Source: Escherichia phage KK4
Length of the DNA: 64,000 bases
Sequence record: OR327750.1
Direction: 5' to 3' (one strand)
Translations under genes and position numbers: made by a program
Notes under the pieces: generated by a model
Seen by the model: only the letters and a program-made list of their open reading frames with translations
The model's database searches: none
Told to the model about the DNA's origin: nothing
In this document: positions 1 through 10,172 of the stretch, one piece after another
How the letters are laid out: the number at the start of each line of letters is the position of its first letter
Position numbering within the stretch: the stretch's first letter is position 1

Positions 1-13
1 AACAGGAGGGCCC

Positions 14-604
14 ATGCTCTTTACATTTTTTGATCCGATTGAATATGCGGCCAAAACGGTGAATAAAAACGCGCCGACTATTCCTATGACAGATATTTTT
101 AGAAACTATAAAGACTATTTTAAACGCGCTCTTGCGGGATACCGCTTACGTACTTATTATATCAAAGGTTCACCACGCCCGGAAGAATTAGCAAATACTA
201 TATATGGAAATCCACAGTTGTATTGGGTTTTATTGATGTGTAATGATAATTATGACCCGTATTATGGATGGATTACTTCACAAGAAGCTGCTTATCAAGC
301 ATCTATACAAAAATACAAAAATGTGGGTGGAGACCAAATAGTATATCATGTGAATGAGAACGGTGAAAAATTTTATAATTTAATATCATATGATGATAAT
401 CCATATGTTTGGTATGATAAAGGCGATAAAGCTAGAAAATATCCTCAATATGAAGGAGCACTTGCTGCGGTAGATACGTATGAAGCGGCTGTTCTTGAAA
501 ATGAAAAACTTCGTCAAATAAAAATAATAGCAAAATCAGACATCAATTCATTTATGAACGACCTTATACGTATAATGGAGAAATCTTATGGAAATGATAA
601 GTAA
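14..604 (+). CDS. 53: baseplate wedge subunit gp53
   Basis: 196 aa ORF, ATG at 14 preceded by AGGAGGG; length and sequence match my memory of T4 gp53; position immediately upstream of gene 5. Confidence 0.85.
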   Translation: MLFTFFDPIEYAAKTVNKNAPTIPMTDIFRNYKDYFKRALAGYRLRTYYIKGSPRPEELANTIYGNPQLYWVLLMCNDNYDPYYGWITSQEAAYQASIQKYKNVGGDQIVYHVNENGEKFYNLISYDDNPYVWYDKGDKARKYPQYEGALAAVDTYEAAVLENEKLRQIKIIAKSDINSFMNDLIRIMEKSYGNDK

Positions 605-2318
605 TAACCTTAATTGGTTTGTCGGTGTTGTTGAAGATAGAATGGACCCATTAAAATTAGGTCGTGTTCGCGTTCGTGTGGTTGGTCTGCATCCACCTCA
701 AAGAGCACAAGGTGATGTAATGGGTATTCCAACTGAAAAATTACCATGGATGTCAGTTATTCAACCTATAACTTCTGCAGCAATGTCAGGAATTGGAGGT
801 TCTGTTACTGGACCGGTAGAAGGAACTAGAGTTTATGGTCATTTTTTAGACAAATGGAAAACTAACGGAATTGTCCTTGGCACGTATGGCGGAATAGTTC
901 GCGAAAAACCGAATAGACTTGAAGGATTTTCTGACCCAACTGGGCAATATCCTAGACGTCTAGGAAATGATACTAACGTATTAAACCAAGGCGGAGAAGT
1001 AGGATATGATTCCTCTTCTAACGTTATTCAAGATAGTAACTTAGACACCGCAATAAATCCCGATGATAGACCACTATCAGAGATTCCAACCGATGATAAT
1101 CCAAATATGTCAATGGCTGAAATGCTTCGCCGTGATGAAGGATTAAGATTAAAAGTTTATTGGGATACTGAAGGATATCCGACAATTGGCATTGGCCATC
1201 TTATCATGAAGCAGCCAGTTCGTGATATGACTCAAATTAATAAAGTTTTATCAAAACAAGTTGGTCGTGAAATTACCGGAAATCCAGGTTCTATTACAAT
1301 GGAAGAAGCGGTAACTTTATTTGAACGTGATTTAGCTGATATGCAACGCGACATTAAATCGCATTCTAAAGTTGGCCCAGTTTGGCAGGCAGTTAATCGT
1401 TCTCGTCAAATGGCATTAGAAAATATGGCATTTCAGATGGGTGTTGGCGGTGTAGCTAAATTTAACACAATGTTAACTGCTATGTTAGCCGGAGATTGGG
1501 AAAAAGCATATAAAGCTGGTCGTGATTCATTGTGGTATCAACAAACAAAAGGCCGTGCATCCCGTGTTACCATGATTATTCTTACAGGGAATTTGGAATC
1601 ATACGGTATTGAAGTGAAAACACCGGCTAGGTCTTTGTCAGCAATGGCTGCTACTGTGGCAAAGTCTTCTGATCCAGCTGACCCTCCTATTCCGAATGAT
1701 TCGAGAATTTTATTTAAAGAACCTGTTTCTTCATATAAAGGTGAATATCCGTATGTTCACACAATGGAAACTGAAAGCGGTCATATTCAGGAATTTGACG
1801 ATACCCCGGGACAAGAACGATACAGATTAGTTCATCCGACTGGAACATATGAGGAAGTATCACCGTCAGGAAGAAGAACAAGAAAAACTGTTGATAATTT
1901 GTATGATATAACAAATGCTGATGGTAATTTTTTGGTAGCTGGCGATAAAAAGACTAACGTCGGTGGGTCAGAAATTTATTACAACATGGATAATCGTCTC
2001 CACCAAATAGATGGAAGCAATACAATATTTGTACGTGGCGATGAAACTAAGACAGTTGAAGGTAATGGAACTATCCTAGTCAAAGGTAATGTTACTATTG
2101 TAGTTGAAGGTAATGCTGACATTACAGTTAAAGGAGATGCTACCACTTTAGTTGAAGGAAATCAAACTAACACAGTAAATGGAAATCTTTCTTGGAAAGT
2201 TGCTGGGACAGTTGATTGGGACGTTGGTGGTGATTGGACAGAAAAAATGGCATCTATGAGTTCTATTTCATCTGGTCAATACACAATTGATGGTAGCCGT
2301 ATAGACGTAGGTTTATAA
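588..2318 (+). CDS. 5: baseplate central spike / tail lysozyme gp5
   Basis: 576 aa; central lysozyme domain (EGLRLKVYWDTEGYPTIGIGHL, cf. T4 lysozyme); C-terminal VxGxxxxx beta-helix repeats; T4 gp5 is 575 aa. Confidence 0.95.
   Translation: MEMISNNLNWFVGVVEDRMDPLKLGRVRVRVVGLHPPQRAQGDVMGIPTEKLPWMSVIQPITSAAMSGIGGSVTGPVEGTRVYGHFLDKWKTNGIVLGTYGGIVREKPNRLEGFSDPTGQYPRRLGNDTNVLNQGGEVGYDSSSNVIQDSNLDTAINPDDRPLSEIPTDDNPNMSMAEMLRRDEGLRLKVYWDTEGYPTIGIGHLIMKQPVRDMTQINKVLSKQVGREITGNPGSITMEEAVTLFERDLADMQRDIKSHSKVGPVWQAVNRSRQMALENMAFQMGVGGVAKFNTMLTAMLAGDWEKAYKAGRDSLWYQQTKGRASRVTMIILTGNLESYGIEVKTPARSLSAMAATVAKSSDPADPPIPNDSRILFKEPVSSYKGEYPYVHTMETESGHIQEFDDTPGQERYRLVHPTGTYEEVSPSGRRTRKTVDNLYDITNADGNFLVAGDKKTNVGGSEIYYNMDNRLHQIDGSNTIFVRGDETKTVEGNGTILVKGNVTIVVEGNADITVKGDATTLVEGNQTNTVNGNLSWKVAGTVDWDVGGDWTEKMASMSSISSGQYTIDGSRIDVGL
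2040..2250 (+). repeat. octapeptide (VxGxxxxx) beta-helix repeat region inside gene 5
   Basis: translated repeats VEGNGTILVKGNVTIVVEGNADITVKGDATTLVEGNQTNTVNGN; approximate boundaries. Confidence 0.55.
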
Positions 2319-2321
2319 ATA
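2314..2321 (+). promoter_or_regulatory. T4-type late promoter motif TATAAATA
   Basis: exact TATAAATA overlapping the gene 5 stop codon, 15 bp upstream of the homing endonuclease ATG, followed by GAGGTGA Shine-Dalgarno. Confidence 0.55.
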
Positions 2322-2336
2322 ATTCAGAGGTGAATT

Positions 2337-3203
2337 ATGAAAAAATCTAACACAGTTCAATTTAGATACATATATAAAACAACCGTTACTAATCCGAAAG
2401 GATTAGTACGTGTTTATATTGGTAAACATGAATCTAGATATTTTGATTTAGAAAATGACAAGTATATAGGTTCCGGTGATTATATTAAAAAGATACGCAA
2501 TAAACCTGGTTATAAAATAGATTTTGAAATAATTGAATTTGTTTCTACTTATGAAATTCTTAATTTAAGAGAAAGGTATTGGATTTCGAAATATAAATCA
2601 TCTGACATTCTATGTACCAATATAAAATCCGGCGGTGATGGTTTTTCATCCGAAGATTTGAAGAGAATGTGGTCTAATCCTGAATATAGGAAAGCTCAAT
2701 TGAAGGCATTAGCTAAATCAACGTCAACTAAAGAATTTTCAGAGAAAATATCTAAAATAAACAAAGAAAGATGCGCATCACCAGAATATCGAAAGAAAAT
2801 GAGTAATGCGATGAAAACTGCTTTTGAAAATGATCCAACATTAAAAATTCGTATTTCTAATACTGTTAAATCTTTATGGAAATCCGATGAATACAGAAAC
2901 AAATTAATCAATCATCCAGGAAAAATAGAAGGAACTAAACAATCATGGAATGATCCTTTGATAAGAAAATCGAGATTAGATGCTAGAAATAAAAAACTAA
3001 GATCAGTTGAACCTTGGATTAGTATAGAAAAAGTCAAAAAACTTTGGGAGGATTTGGGAAAACCACATCCGCAGAAATACAAATGGTTTAGAGAAAAAGC
3101 AATTGAACGTGATCTCCCGGATGTAAGTTATAACGCAATTTTAAAAGCGTTGAAAAAATGTGATTATAAATTTACATCATTAGAGAATTCAACAATTGGC
3201 TAA
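2337..3203 (+). CDS. free-standing GIY-YIG homing endonuclease (seg-like), with NUMOD3-like C-terminal repeats
   Basis: N-terminus YIYK...(13 aa)...YIGK, then R, then RERYWISKY (cf. I-TevI ERENFWIKEL) and N in TNIKSGGDG; C-terminal repeats SNPEYRKAQLKALAK / ASPEYRKKMSNAMK / KSDEYRNKLINH resemble NUMOD3 DNA-binding motifs. Confidence 0.8.
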   Translation: MKKSNTVQFRYIYKTTVTNPKGLVRVYIGKHESRYFDLENDKYIGSGDYIKKIRNKPGYKIDFEIIEFVSTYEILNLRERYWISKYKSSDILCTNIKSGGDGFSSEDLKRMWSNPEYRKAQLKALAKSTSTKEFSEKISKINKERCASPEYRKKMSNAMKTAFENDPTLKIRISNTVKSLWKSDEYRNKLINHPGKIEGTKQSWNDPLIRKSRLDARNKKLRSVEPWISIEKVKKLWEDLGKPHPQKYKWFREKAIERDLPDVSYNAILKALKKCDYKFTSLENSTIG

Positions 3204-3237
3204 TATACTTCCAATGAGCGCTGATTTAGGAGAATCC

Positions 3238-3732
3238 ATGGAAGGTTCTTCTATCGACGTCACCTTTACCGCTCAATTAGAAACAGGTGAAACGTTAGTA
3301 TCTATAAATATAACTAGTTACGAAGAAACTCCTGGGGTTTTAGTAGAAGAAAATCGCTTATATGGAACATATGAATCTGTGTTTGGATTTGGAAATGACG
3401 CGTTGAAATATCGTTTAGGCGATGAATTTAAAACTGCTGCTTCATGGGAAGAACTTCCTACTGATTCTGATACTCAGTTGTATTTGTGGAAAGCTCCTCA
3501 AAATCTCCAGAAGACATTCACTTACGAAGTAACATTAATATATGACTACCAAGAACAAAGTGAATCTGGAGGTTCTGGCAGTAATTCTAGATCATCTTCT
3601 GATACTACTGAACCGACAGATCCTCCTGCTCCAGTAAGAAAAACTCTAGTTAAAAATTACACAAAAACTATAGTTGGAAATTGGAGTCGTTGGGCTAATA
3701 AATTAAGAAGCTATGTGTATGAGAGGCAATAA
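3238..3732 (+). CDS. hypothetical protein (5.1-like position between gene 5 and 5.4)
   Basis: ORF-track start at 3196 is TTG; ATG at 3238 has AGGAGA 5 nt upstream (alternative ATG at 3214); Ser/Thr/Pro-rich segment [25 protein letters not shown]. Confidence 0.5.
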
Positions 3733-4026
3733 ATGTCAGGATTGAGTTATGATAAGTGTGTTACTGCTGGCCATGAAGCGTGGCCTCCAACAGTTGTGAA
3801 TGCTACGCAAAGTAAAGTATTCACTGGAGGAATTGCTGTTCTAGTAGCAGGCGATCCAATTACAGAACATACAGAAATTAAAAAGCCATATGAAACACAT
3901 GGCGGAGTGACACAACCTAGAACTTCTAAGGTATATGTCACTGGAAAGAAAGCTGTTCAAATGGCTGATCCAATATCATGTGGTGATACTGTGGCTCAGG
4001 CATCATCTAAAGTATTCATTAAATAG
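3733..4026 (+). CDS. 5.4: PAAR-repeat spike tip protein gp5.4
   Basis: 97 aa, same length as T4 gp5.4; sits between gene 5 and gene 6. Confidence 0.8.
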
Positions 4027-4034
4027 GATTTAAA

Positions 4035-6017
4035 ATGGCAAATACCCCTGTAAATTATCAATTAACAAGAACAGCAAATGCTATTCCCGAGATATTCGTC
4101 GGGGGTACGTTTGCTGAAATAAAACAAAACCTCATTGAATGGCTTAATGGCCAAAATGAATTTTTGGATTATGATTTTGAAGGCTCAAGATTAAACGTTC
4201 TGTGTGACCTTTTGGCTTATAATACGCTGTACATTCAGCAGTTTGGTAATGCTGCTGTATATGAAAGCTTTATGCGTACTGCTAACTTACGAAGCTCAGT
4301 TGTTCAAGCTGCACAAGATAACGGATATTTACCTACTTCAAAATCCGCTGCGCAAACCGAAATTATGTTAACATGCACCGACGCATTGAATAGGAATTAC
4401 ATTACAATTCCTCGCGGAACTCGCTTTTTAGCATATGCAAAAGATACTTCTGTTAATCCATATAACTTCGTTTCTACCGAAGACGTTATTGCTATTCGTG
4501 ATAAAAATAACCAATATTTTCCACGTTTAAAATTGGCCCAGGGACGTATAGTAAGAACTGAAATCATTTATGATAAATTAACACCTATTATCATTTATGA
4601 TAAAAATATTGATAGAAACCAGGTTAAATTATATGTTGATGGAGCGGAATGGATTAACTGGACGAGAAAGTCAATGGTTCATGCTGGTTCAACATCAACG
4701 ATTTACTATATGCGTGAAACTATTGATGGAAACACTGAATTCTATTTTGGTGAAGGTGAAATTTCTGTTAATGCTTCTGAAGGAGCTTTGACTGCCAATT
4801 ATATCGGAGGTCTTAAACCTACTCAGAACTCTACGATTGTTATTGAGTACATCAGTACTAATGGTGCTGACGCGAACGGAGCAGTAGGATTTTCATACGC
4901 AGATACATTAACAAATATAACTGTCATCAATATTAATGAAAATCCAAACGGTGACCCAGATTTTGTTGGGGCAGATGGAGGCGGTGATCCAGAAGATATT
5001 GAGCGTATTCGCGAATTGGGTACTATTAAACGCGAAACACAGCAACGATGCGTAACTGCGACTGATTATGATACATTCGTTTCAGAGAGATTCGGTTCTA
5101 TTATTCAGGCAGTTCAGACTTTCACTGATTCTACTAAACCTGGGTATGCATTTATTGCTGCTAAACCTAAATCAGGTCTGTATTTAACTACCGTACAGCG
5201 TGAAGATATTAAAAATTATCTCAAAGACTATAATTTAGCTCCTATTACGCCATCAATTATTTCTCCTAATTATCTTTTTATTAAGACTAATTTAAAAGTC
5301 ACATATGCTTTAAATAAACTGCAAGAATCCGAACAGTGGCTTGAAGGTCAAATAATTGATAAAATTGATCGCTATTATACCGAAGATGTAGAAATTTTTA
5401 ACTCATCTTTCGCTAAATCTAAGATGTTAACTTATGTAGATGATGCAGATCATTCTGTCATCGGTTCATCAGCGACTATTCAAATGGTTCGTGAAGTACA
5501 AAACTTCTATAAAACACCTGAAGCAGGTATTAAATACAATAATCAAATAAAAGATCGTTCTATGGAATCTAATACGTTTTCATTTAATTCTGGACGAAAG
5601 GTTGTAAATCCTGATACTGGTTTAGAAGAAGATGTATTATATGACGTTCGTATAGTATCAACAGACCGAGATTCTAAAGGAATTGGTAAAGTTATTATTG
5701 GTCCATTTGCTTCTGGCGATGTTACAGAAAATGAAAACATTCAGCCGTATACAGGCAACGATTTTAACAAATTAGCAAATTCTGATGGACGCGACAAATA
5801 CTATGTTATCGGTGAAATAAATTATCCGGCTGACATGATTTATTGGAATATCGCTAAAATTAATTTAACATCTGAAAAATTTGAGGTTCAGACTATTGAA
5901 TTATATTCTGACCCAACCGATGATGTTATCTTTACCCGTGATGGTTCACTGATTGTATTTGAAAATGATTTACGTCCGCAATACTTAACTATCGATTTGG
6001 AGCCTATATCACAATGA
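4035..6017 (+). CDS. 6: baseplate wedge subunit gp6
   Basis: 660 aa, same as T4 gp6; conserved gene order. Confidence 0.9.
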   Translation: MANTPVNYQLTRTANAIPEIFVGGTFAEIKQNLIEWLNGQNEFLDYDFEGSRLNVLCDLLAYNTLYIQQFGNAAVYESFMRTANLRSSVVQAAQDNGYLPTSKSAAQTEIMLTCTDALNRNYITIPRGTRFLAYAKDTSVNPYNFVSTEDVIAIRDKNNQYFPRLKLAQGRIVRTEIIYDKLTPIIIYDKNIDRNQVKLYVDGAEWINWTRKSMVHAGSTSTIYYMRETIDGNTEFYFGEGEISVNASEGALTANYIGGLKPTQNSTIVIEYISTNGADANGAVGFSYADTLTNITVININENPNGDPDFVGADGGGDPEDIERIRELGTIKRETQQRCVTATDYDTFVSERFGSIIQAVQTFTDSTKPGYAFIAAKPKSGLYLTTVQREDIKNYLKDYNLAPITPSIISPNYLFIKTNLKVTYALNKLQESEQWLEGQIIDKIDRYYTEDVEIFNSSFAKSKMLTYVDDADHSVIGSSATIQMVREVQNFYKTPEAGIKYNNQIKDRSMESNTFSFNSGRKVVNPDTGLEEDVLYDVRIVSTDRDSKGIGKVIIGPFASGDVTENENIQPYTGNDFNKLANSDGRDKYYVIGEINYPADMIYWNIAKINLTSEKFEVQTIELYSDPTDDVIFTRDGSLIVFENDLRPQYLTIDLEPISQ

Positions 6018-9000
6018 CAGTAAAAGCACCTTCAGTCACTAGTCTCAGAATTTCCAAGTTATCCGCAAATCAGGTGCAAGTACGCTGGGATGACGTTGGT
6101 GCTAATTTCTACTATTTTGTAGAAATCGCTGAGACAAAAACGGACTCGGGGGAAAATCTCCCGAGCGATCAATATCGTTGGATTAATTTAGGATATACTG
6201 CAAATAACAGCTTCTTTTTTGATGATGCTGATCCATTAACAACGTACATTATTAGAGTAGCCACAGCTGCGCAAGATTTTGAGCAGTCTGATTGGATTTA
6301 TACTGAAGAGTTTGAAACTTTTGCTACGAATGCTTACACATTTCAAAACATGATTGAAATGCAATTAGCCAATAAATTCATTCAGGAAAAATTTACTCTT
6401 AACAATTCTAATTATGTCAATTTTAATAATGACACTATAATGGCTGCATTGATGAATGAATCGTTTCAATTCAGCCCATCATATGCTGATGTTTCTTCAA
6501 TTAGTAATTTTATTATTGGTGAAAATGAATACCATGAAATACAGGGTTCTATTCAACAAGTATGTAAGGATATTAATCGAGTTTATTTGATGGAATCAGA
6601 AGGGATTCTGCATCTTTTTGAGCGCTATCAACCCGTAGTTAAAGTATCTAATGATAAAGGACAAACCTGGAAAGCTGTAAAGCTCTTCAATGACCGTGTA
6701 GGATATCCTTTATCTAAGACAGTATATTACCAATCTGCAAACACAACATACGTTCTAGGATACGACAAGATTTTCTACGGCCGTAAATCTACTGATGTTA
6801 GATGGTCAGCTGATGATGTCAGATTTAGTTCGCAGGATATAACATTCGCTAAACTTGGCGACCAATTACATCTAGGATTTGATGTAGAAATTTTTGCCAC
6901 TTACGCGACTTTACCAGCGAATGTATACCGCATTGCAGAAGCTATTACTTGCACCGATGATTACATTTACGTTGTCGCAAGAGACAAAGTTAGATACATA
7001 AAAACGAGTAATGCACCTATAGATTCTGATCCATTATCTCCGACATATTCGGAAAGACTTTTTGAACCTGATACAATGACTATAACTGGAAATCCTAAAG
7101 CAGTATGCTATAAAATGGATTCTATCGGTGATAAAGTTTTTGCTCTTATTATTGGCGAAGTTGAAACATTAAATGCCAATCCAAGAACATCAAAAATAAT
7201 TGATTCTGTTGATAAAGGAATATATGTTTTAAATCATGACGAAAAAACATGGAAAAGAGTTTTCGGTAATACCGAAGAAGAAAGAAGACGTATTCAACCC
7301 GGATATGCGAATATGTCAACTGACGGTAAATTAGTTTCTCTATCTTCGAGTAATTTTAAATTTTTAAGTGATAACATTGTTAATGACCCTGAAACTGTGG
7401 TGAAATATCAGTTAATCGGTGCTGTTAAATATGAATTTCCCCGTGAATGGTTAGCTGATAAGCATTATCATATGATGGCATTTATAGCGGATGAAAAATC
7501 TGATTGGGAGACTTTTACTCCTCAACCAATGAAATACTACGCAGAACCGTTCTTTAACTGGTCTAAAAAATCTAACACACGCTGTTGGATAAACAACTCT
7601 AATAGAGCTGTAGTAGTTTATGCTGATTTAAAATACACTAAAGTTATAGAAAATATTCCGGAAACATCACCAGATAGATTAGTTCATGAATACTGGGATG
7701 ATGGTGATTGCACTATAGTAATGCCAAATGTTAAATTCACCGGATTTAAAAAATATGCATCTGGGATGCTTTTCTATAAAGCCTCCGGTGAAATAATTTC
7801 TTACTATGATTTTAACTATCGTGTGAGAGATACAGTAGAAATTATTTGGAAGCCGACTGGAGTATTTTTAAAAGCATTTTTACAAAACCAAGAGCATGAT
7901 ACTCCTTGGTCACCAGAAGAAGAGCATGGATTAGCTGATCCTGATTTAAGACCATTAATTGGCACAATGATGCCTGATTCTTATTTGTTACAGGATTCGA
8001 ATTTTGAGGCATTTTGCGAAGCATATATTCAGTATCTTTCTGATGGATATGGAACTCAGTATAACAATTTACGAAATTTAATTCGTAATCAGTATCCACG
8101 AGAAGAGCATGCATGGGAATATTTGTGGTCAGAGATATATAAAAGAAACATTTATTTGAACGCGGATAAGCGAGATGCTGTAGCAAGATTTTTTGAATCA
8201 CGTAGTTATGATTTTTATTCTACTAAAGGAATTGAAGCATCATACAAATTTCTTTTTAAAGTTCTTTATAATGAAGAAGTTGAAATTGAAATTGAATCTG
8301 GAGCTGGTACTGAATATGATATAATCGTTCAATCTGATTCTTTGACTGAAGATTTAGTAGGACAAACGATTTATACGGCAACAGGAAGATGTAATGTTAC
8401 TTATATAGAAAGAAGCTATTCTAATGGTAAATTGCAATGGACCGTAACTATTCATAATCTTTTGGGACGATTAATTGCTGGTCAAGAAGTTAAAGCAGAA
8501 AGACTCCCTAGTTTTGAAGGCGAAATTATTCGTGGAGTTAAAGGAAAGGATTTGCTTCAAAACAATATAGACTATATTAATAGAAGTAGATCATACTATG
8601 TAATGAAAATTAAATCCAATTTACCTTCTTCCCGCTGGAAATCTGACGTTATTCGTTTTGTTCATCCAGTAGGATTTGGATTTATAGCAATTACTCTTTT
8701 AGCAATGTTTATTAATGTCGGTTTAACTCTTAAACACACAGAGACTATAATTAATAAATACAAAAACTATAAATGGGATTCTGGATTGCCTACTGAATAT
8801 GCTGATAGAGTAGCTAAATTGACTCCAACTGGTGAAATTGAGCATGATTCAGTAACAGGCGAAGCAATTTATGAGCCTGGCCCAATGGCTGGTGTAGAAT
8901 ATCCTCTTCCTGATGACTATAATGCTGAAAATAATAATTCAATATTTCAAGGTCAATTGCCGTCTGAACGACGTAAATTAATGAGTCCTTTATTTGATGC

Positions 9001-9112
9001 ATCTGGAACAACATTTGCGCAATTTAGAGATTTAGTTAATAAACGTCTAAAAGACAATATAGGAAATCCAAGAGACCCTGAAAATCCAACACAGGTTAAA
9101 ATAGATGAATGA
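6014..9112 (+). CDS. 7: baseplate wedge initiator gp7
   Basis: 1032 aa, same as T4 gp7; ATGA-type overlap with gene 6. Confidence 0.9.
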   Translation: MTVKAPSVTSLRISKLSANQVQVRWDDVGANFYYFVEIAETKTDSGENLPSDQYRWINLGYTANNSFFFDDADPLTTYIIRVATAAQDFEQSDWIYTEEFETFATNAYTFQNMIEMQLANKFIQEKFTLNNSNYVNFNNDTIMAALMNESFQFSPSYADVSSISNFIIGENEYHEIQGSIQQVCKDINRVYLMESEGILHLFERYQPVVKVSNDKGQTWKAVKLFNDRVGYPLSKTVYYQSANTTYVLGYDKIFYGRKSTDVRWSADDVRFSSQDITFAKLGDQLHLGFDVEIFATYATLPANVYRIAEAITCTDDYIYVVARDKVRYIKTSNAPIDSDPLSPTYSERLFEPDTMTITGNPKAVCYKMDSIGDKVFALIIGEVETLNANPRTSKIIDSVDKGIYVLNHDEKTWKRVFGNTEEERRRIQPGYANMSTDGKLVSLSSSNFKFLSDNIVNDPETVVKYQLIGAVKYEFPREWLADKHYHMMAFIADEKSDWETFTPQPMKYYAEPFFNWSKKSNTRCWINNSNRAVVVYADLKYTKVIENIPETSPDRLVHEYWDDGDCTIVMPNVKFTGFKKYASGMLFYKASGEIISYYDFNYRVRDTVEIIWKPTGVFLKAFLQNQEHDTPWSPEEEHGLADPDLRPLIGTMMPDSYLLQDSNFEAFCEAYIQYLSDGYGTQYNNLRNLIRNQYPREEHAWEYLWSEIYKRNIYLNADKRDAVARFFESRSYDFYSTKGIEASYKFLFKVLYNEEVEIEIESGAGTEYDIIVQSDSLTEDLVGQTIYTATGRCNVTYIERSYSNGKLQWTVTIHNLLGRLIAGQEVKAERLPSFEGEIIRGVKGKDLLQNNIDYINRSRSYYVMKIKSNLPSSRWKSDVIRFVHPVGFGFIAITLLAMFINVGLTLKHTETIINKYKNYKWDSGLPTEYADRVAKLTPTGEIEHDSVTGEAIYEPGPMAGVEYPLPDDYNAENNNSIFQGQLPSERRKLMSPLFDASGTTFAQFRDLVNKRLKDNIGNPRDPENPTQVKIDE

Positions 9113-10109
9113 TTCAAGTGTTATCTATCGTGCGATAGTTACTTCAAAATTTAGAACAGAAAAAATGTTGAATTTTTATAATTCAATTGGAAGTGGTCCG
9201 GATAAAAACACTATCTTTATCACATTTGGAAGATCAGAACCGTGGTCATCAAATGAAAATGAGGTGGGCTTTGCCCCACCTTATCCAACCGATTCTGTAT
9301 TAGGAGTAACTGACATGTGGACGCATATGATGGGAACAGTAAAAGTTCTTCCATCAATGCTTGATGCAGTTATTCCTCGTCGAGATTGGGGAGATACTAG
9401 ATATCCGGATCCGTATACATTTAGAATTAACGATATTGTAGTGTGTAACTCAGCTCCTTACAACGCTACTGAATCAGGCGCAGGCTGGTTAGTATATCGT
9501 TGTTTAGATGTTCCTGATACCGGAATGTGTTCAATCGCATCTTTAACTGATAAGGATGAATGCCTTAAATTAGGCGGAAAATGGACACCTTCTGTTAGGT
9601 CAATGACTCCTCCTGAAGGTCGAGGAGATGCTGAAGGAACAATTGAACCTGGGGACGGGTATGTATGGGAATATCTATTTGAGATTCCACCCGATGTATC
9701 TATAAATAGATGCACGAATGAATATATCGTGGTTCCTTGGCCTGAGGAATTAAAAGAAGACCCGACTAGATGGGGATATGAAGATAATCTCACTTGGCAG
9801 CAAGATGATTTTGGATTAATTTACCGGGTTAAGGCAAATACTATCCGTTTTAAAGCATATTTAGATTCAGTTTACTTTCCTGATGCTGCATTGCCAGGAA
9901 ATAAAGGATTTAGACAAATATCAATAATCACGAATCCTCTTGAAGCTAAAGCTCATCCAAATGACCCAAACGTTAAAGCTGAAAAGGATTATTATGATCC
10001 AGAAGATTTAATGAGGCATTCGGGCGAAATGATTTATATGGAAAATAGGCCACCTATTATCATGGCAATGGATCAAACAGAAGAAATCAATATTCTGTTT
10101 ACATTTTAA
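9105..10109 (+). CDS. 8: baseplate wedge subunit gp8
   Basis: 334 aa, same as T4 gp8. Confidence 0.9.
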   Translation: MNDSSVIYRAIVTSKFRTEKMLNFYNSIGSGPDKNTIFITFGRSEPWSSNENEVGFAPPYPTDSVLGVTDMWTHMMGTVKVLPSMLDAVIPRRDWGDTRYPDPYTFRINDIVVCNSAPYNATESGAGWLVYRCLDVPDTGMCSIASLTDKDECLKLGGKWTPSVRSMTPPEGRGDAEGTIEPGDGYVWEYLFEIPPDVSINRCTNEYIVVPWPEELKEDPTRWGYEDNLTWQQDDFGLIYRVKANTIRFKAYLDSVYFPDAALPGNKGFRQISIITNPLEAKAHPNDPNVKAEKDYYDPEDLMRHSGEMIYMENRPPIIMAMDQTEEINILFTF

Positions 10110-10114
10110 ATTAA

Positions 10115-10137
10115 GGGAGCCCATGGGCTCCCTTTTT
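10115..10137 (+). terminator. rho-independent terminator-like hairpin after gene 8
   Basis: perfect 18-nt palindrome GGGAGCCCATGGGCTCCC followed by TTTTT. Confidence 0.55.
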
Positions 10138-10140
10138 CTT

Positions 10141-10148
10141 TATAAATA
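10141..10148 (+). promoter_or_regulatory. late promoter motif TATAAATA upstream of gene 9
   Basis: exact TATAAATA 25 bp upstream of the gene 9 ATG. Confidence 0.55.
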
Positions 10149-10172
10149 CTATAAACTCATAAGGAAACCGCT

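Noticed and set aside
1714-1914. 66-aa minus-strand ORF inside gene 5
   Set aside because: Antisense to a highly conserved structural gene, no ribosome-binding site, likely chance ORF. I recall T4 having small replication genes (repEA/repEB) near gene 5 but cannot place them from memory, so I make no call.
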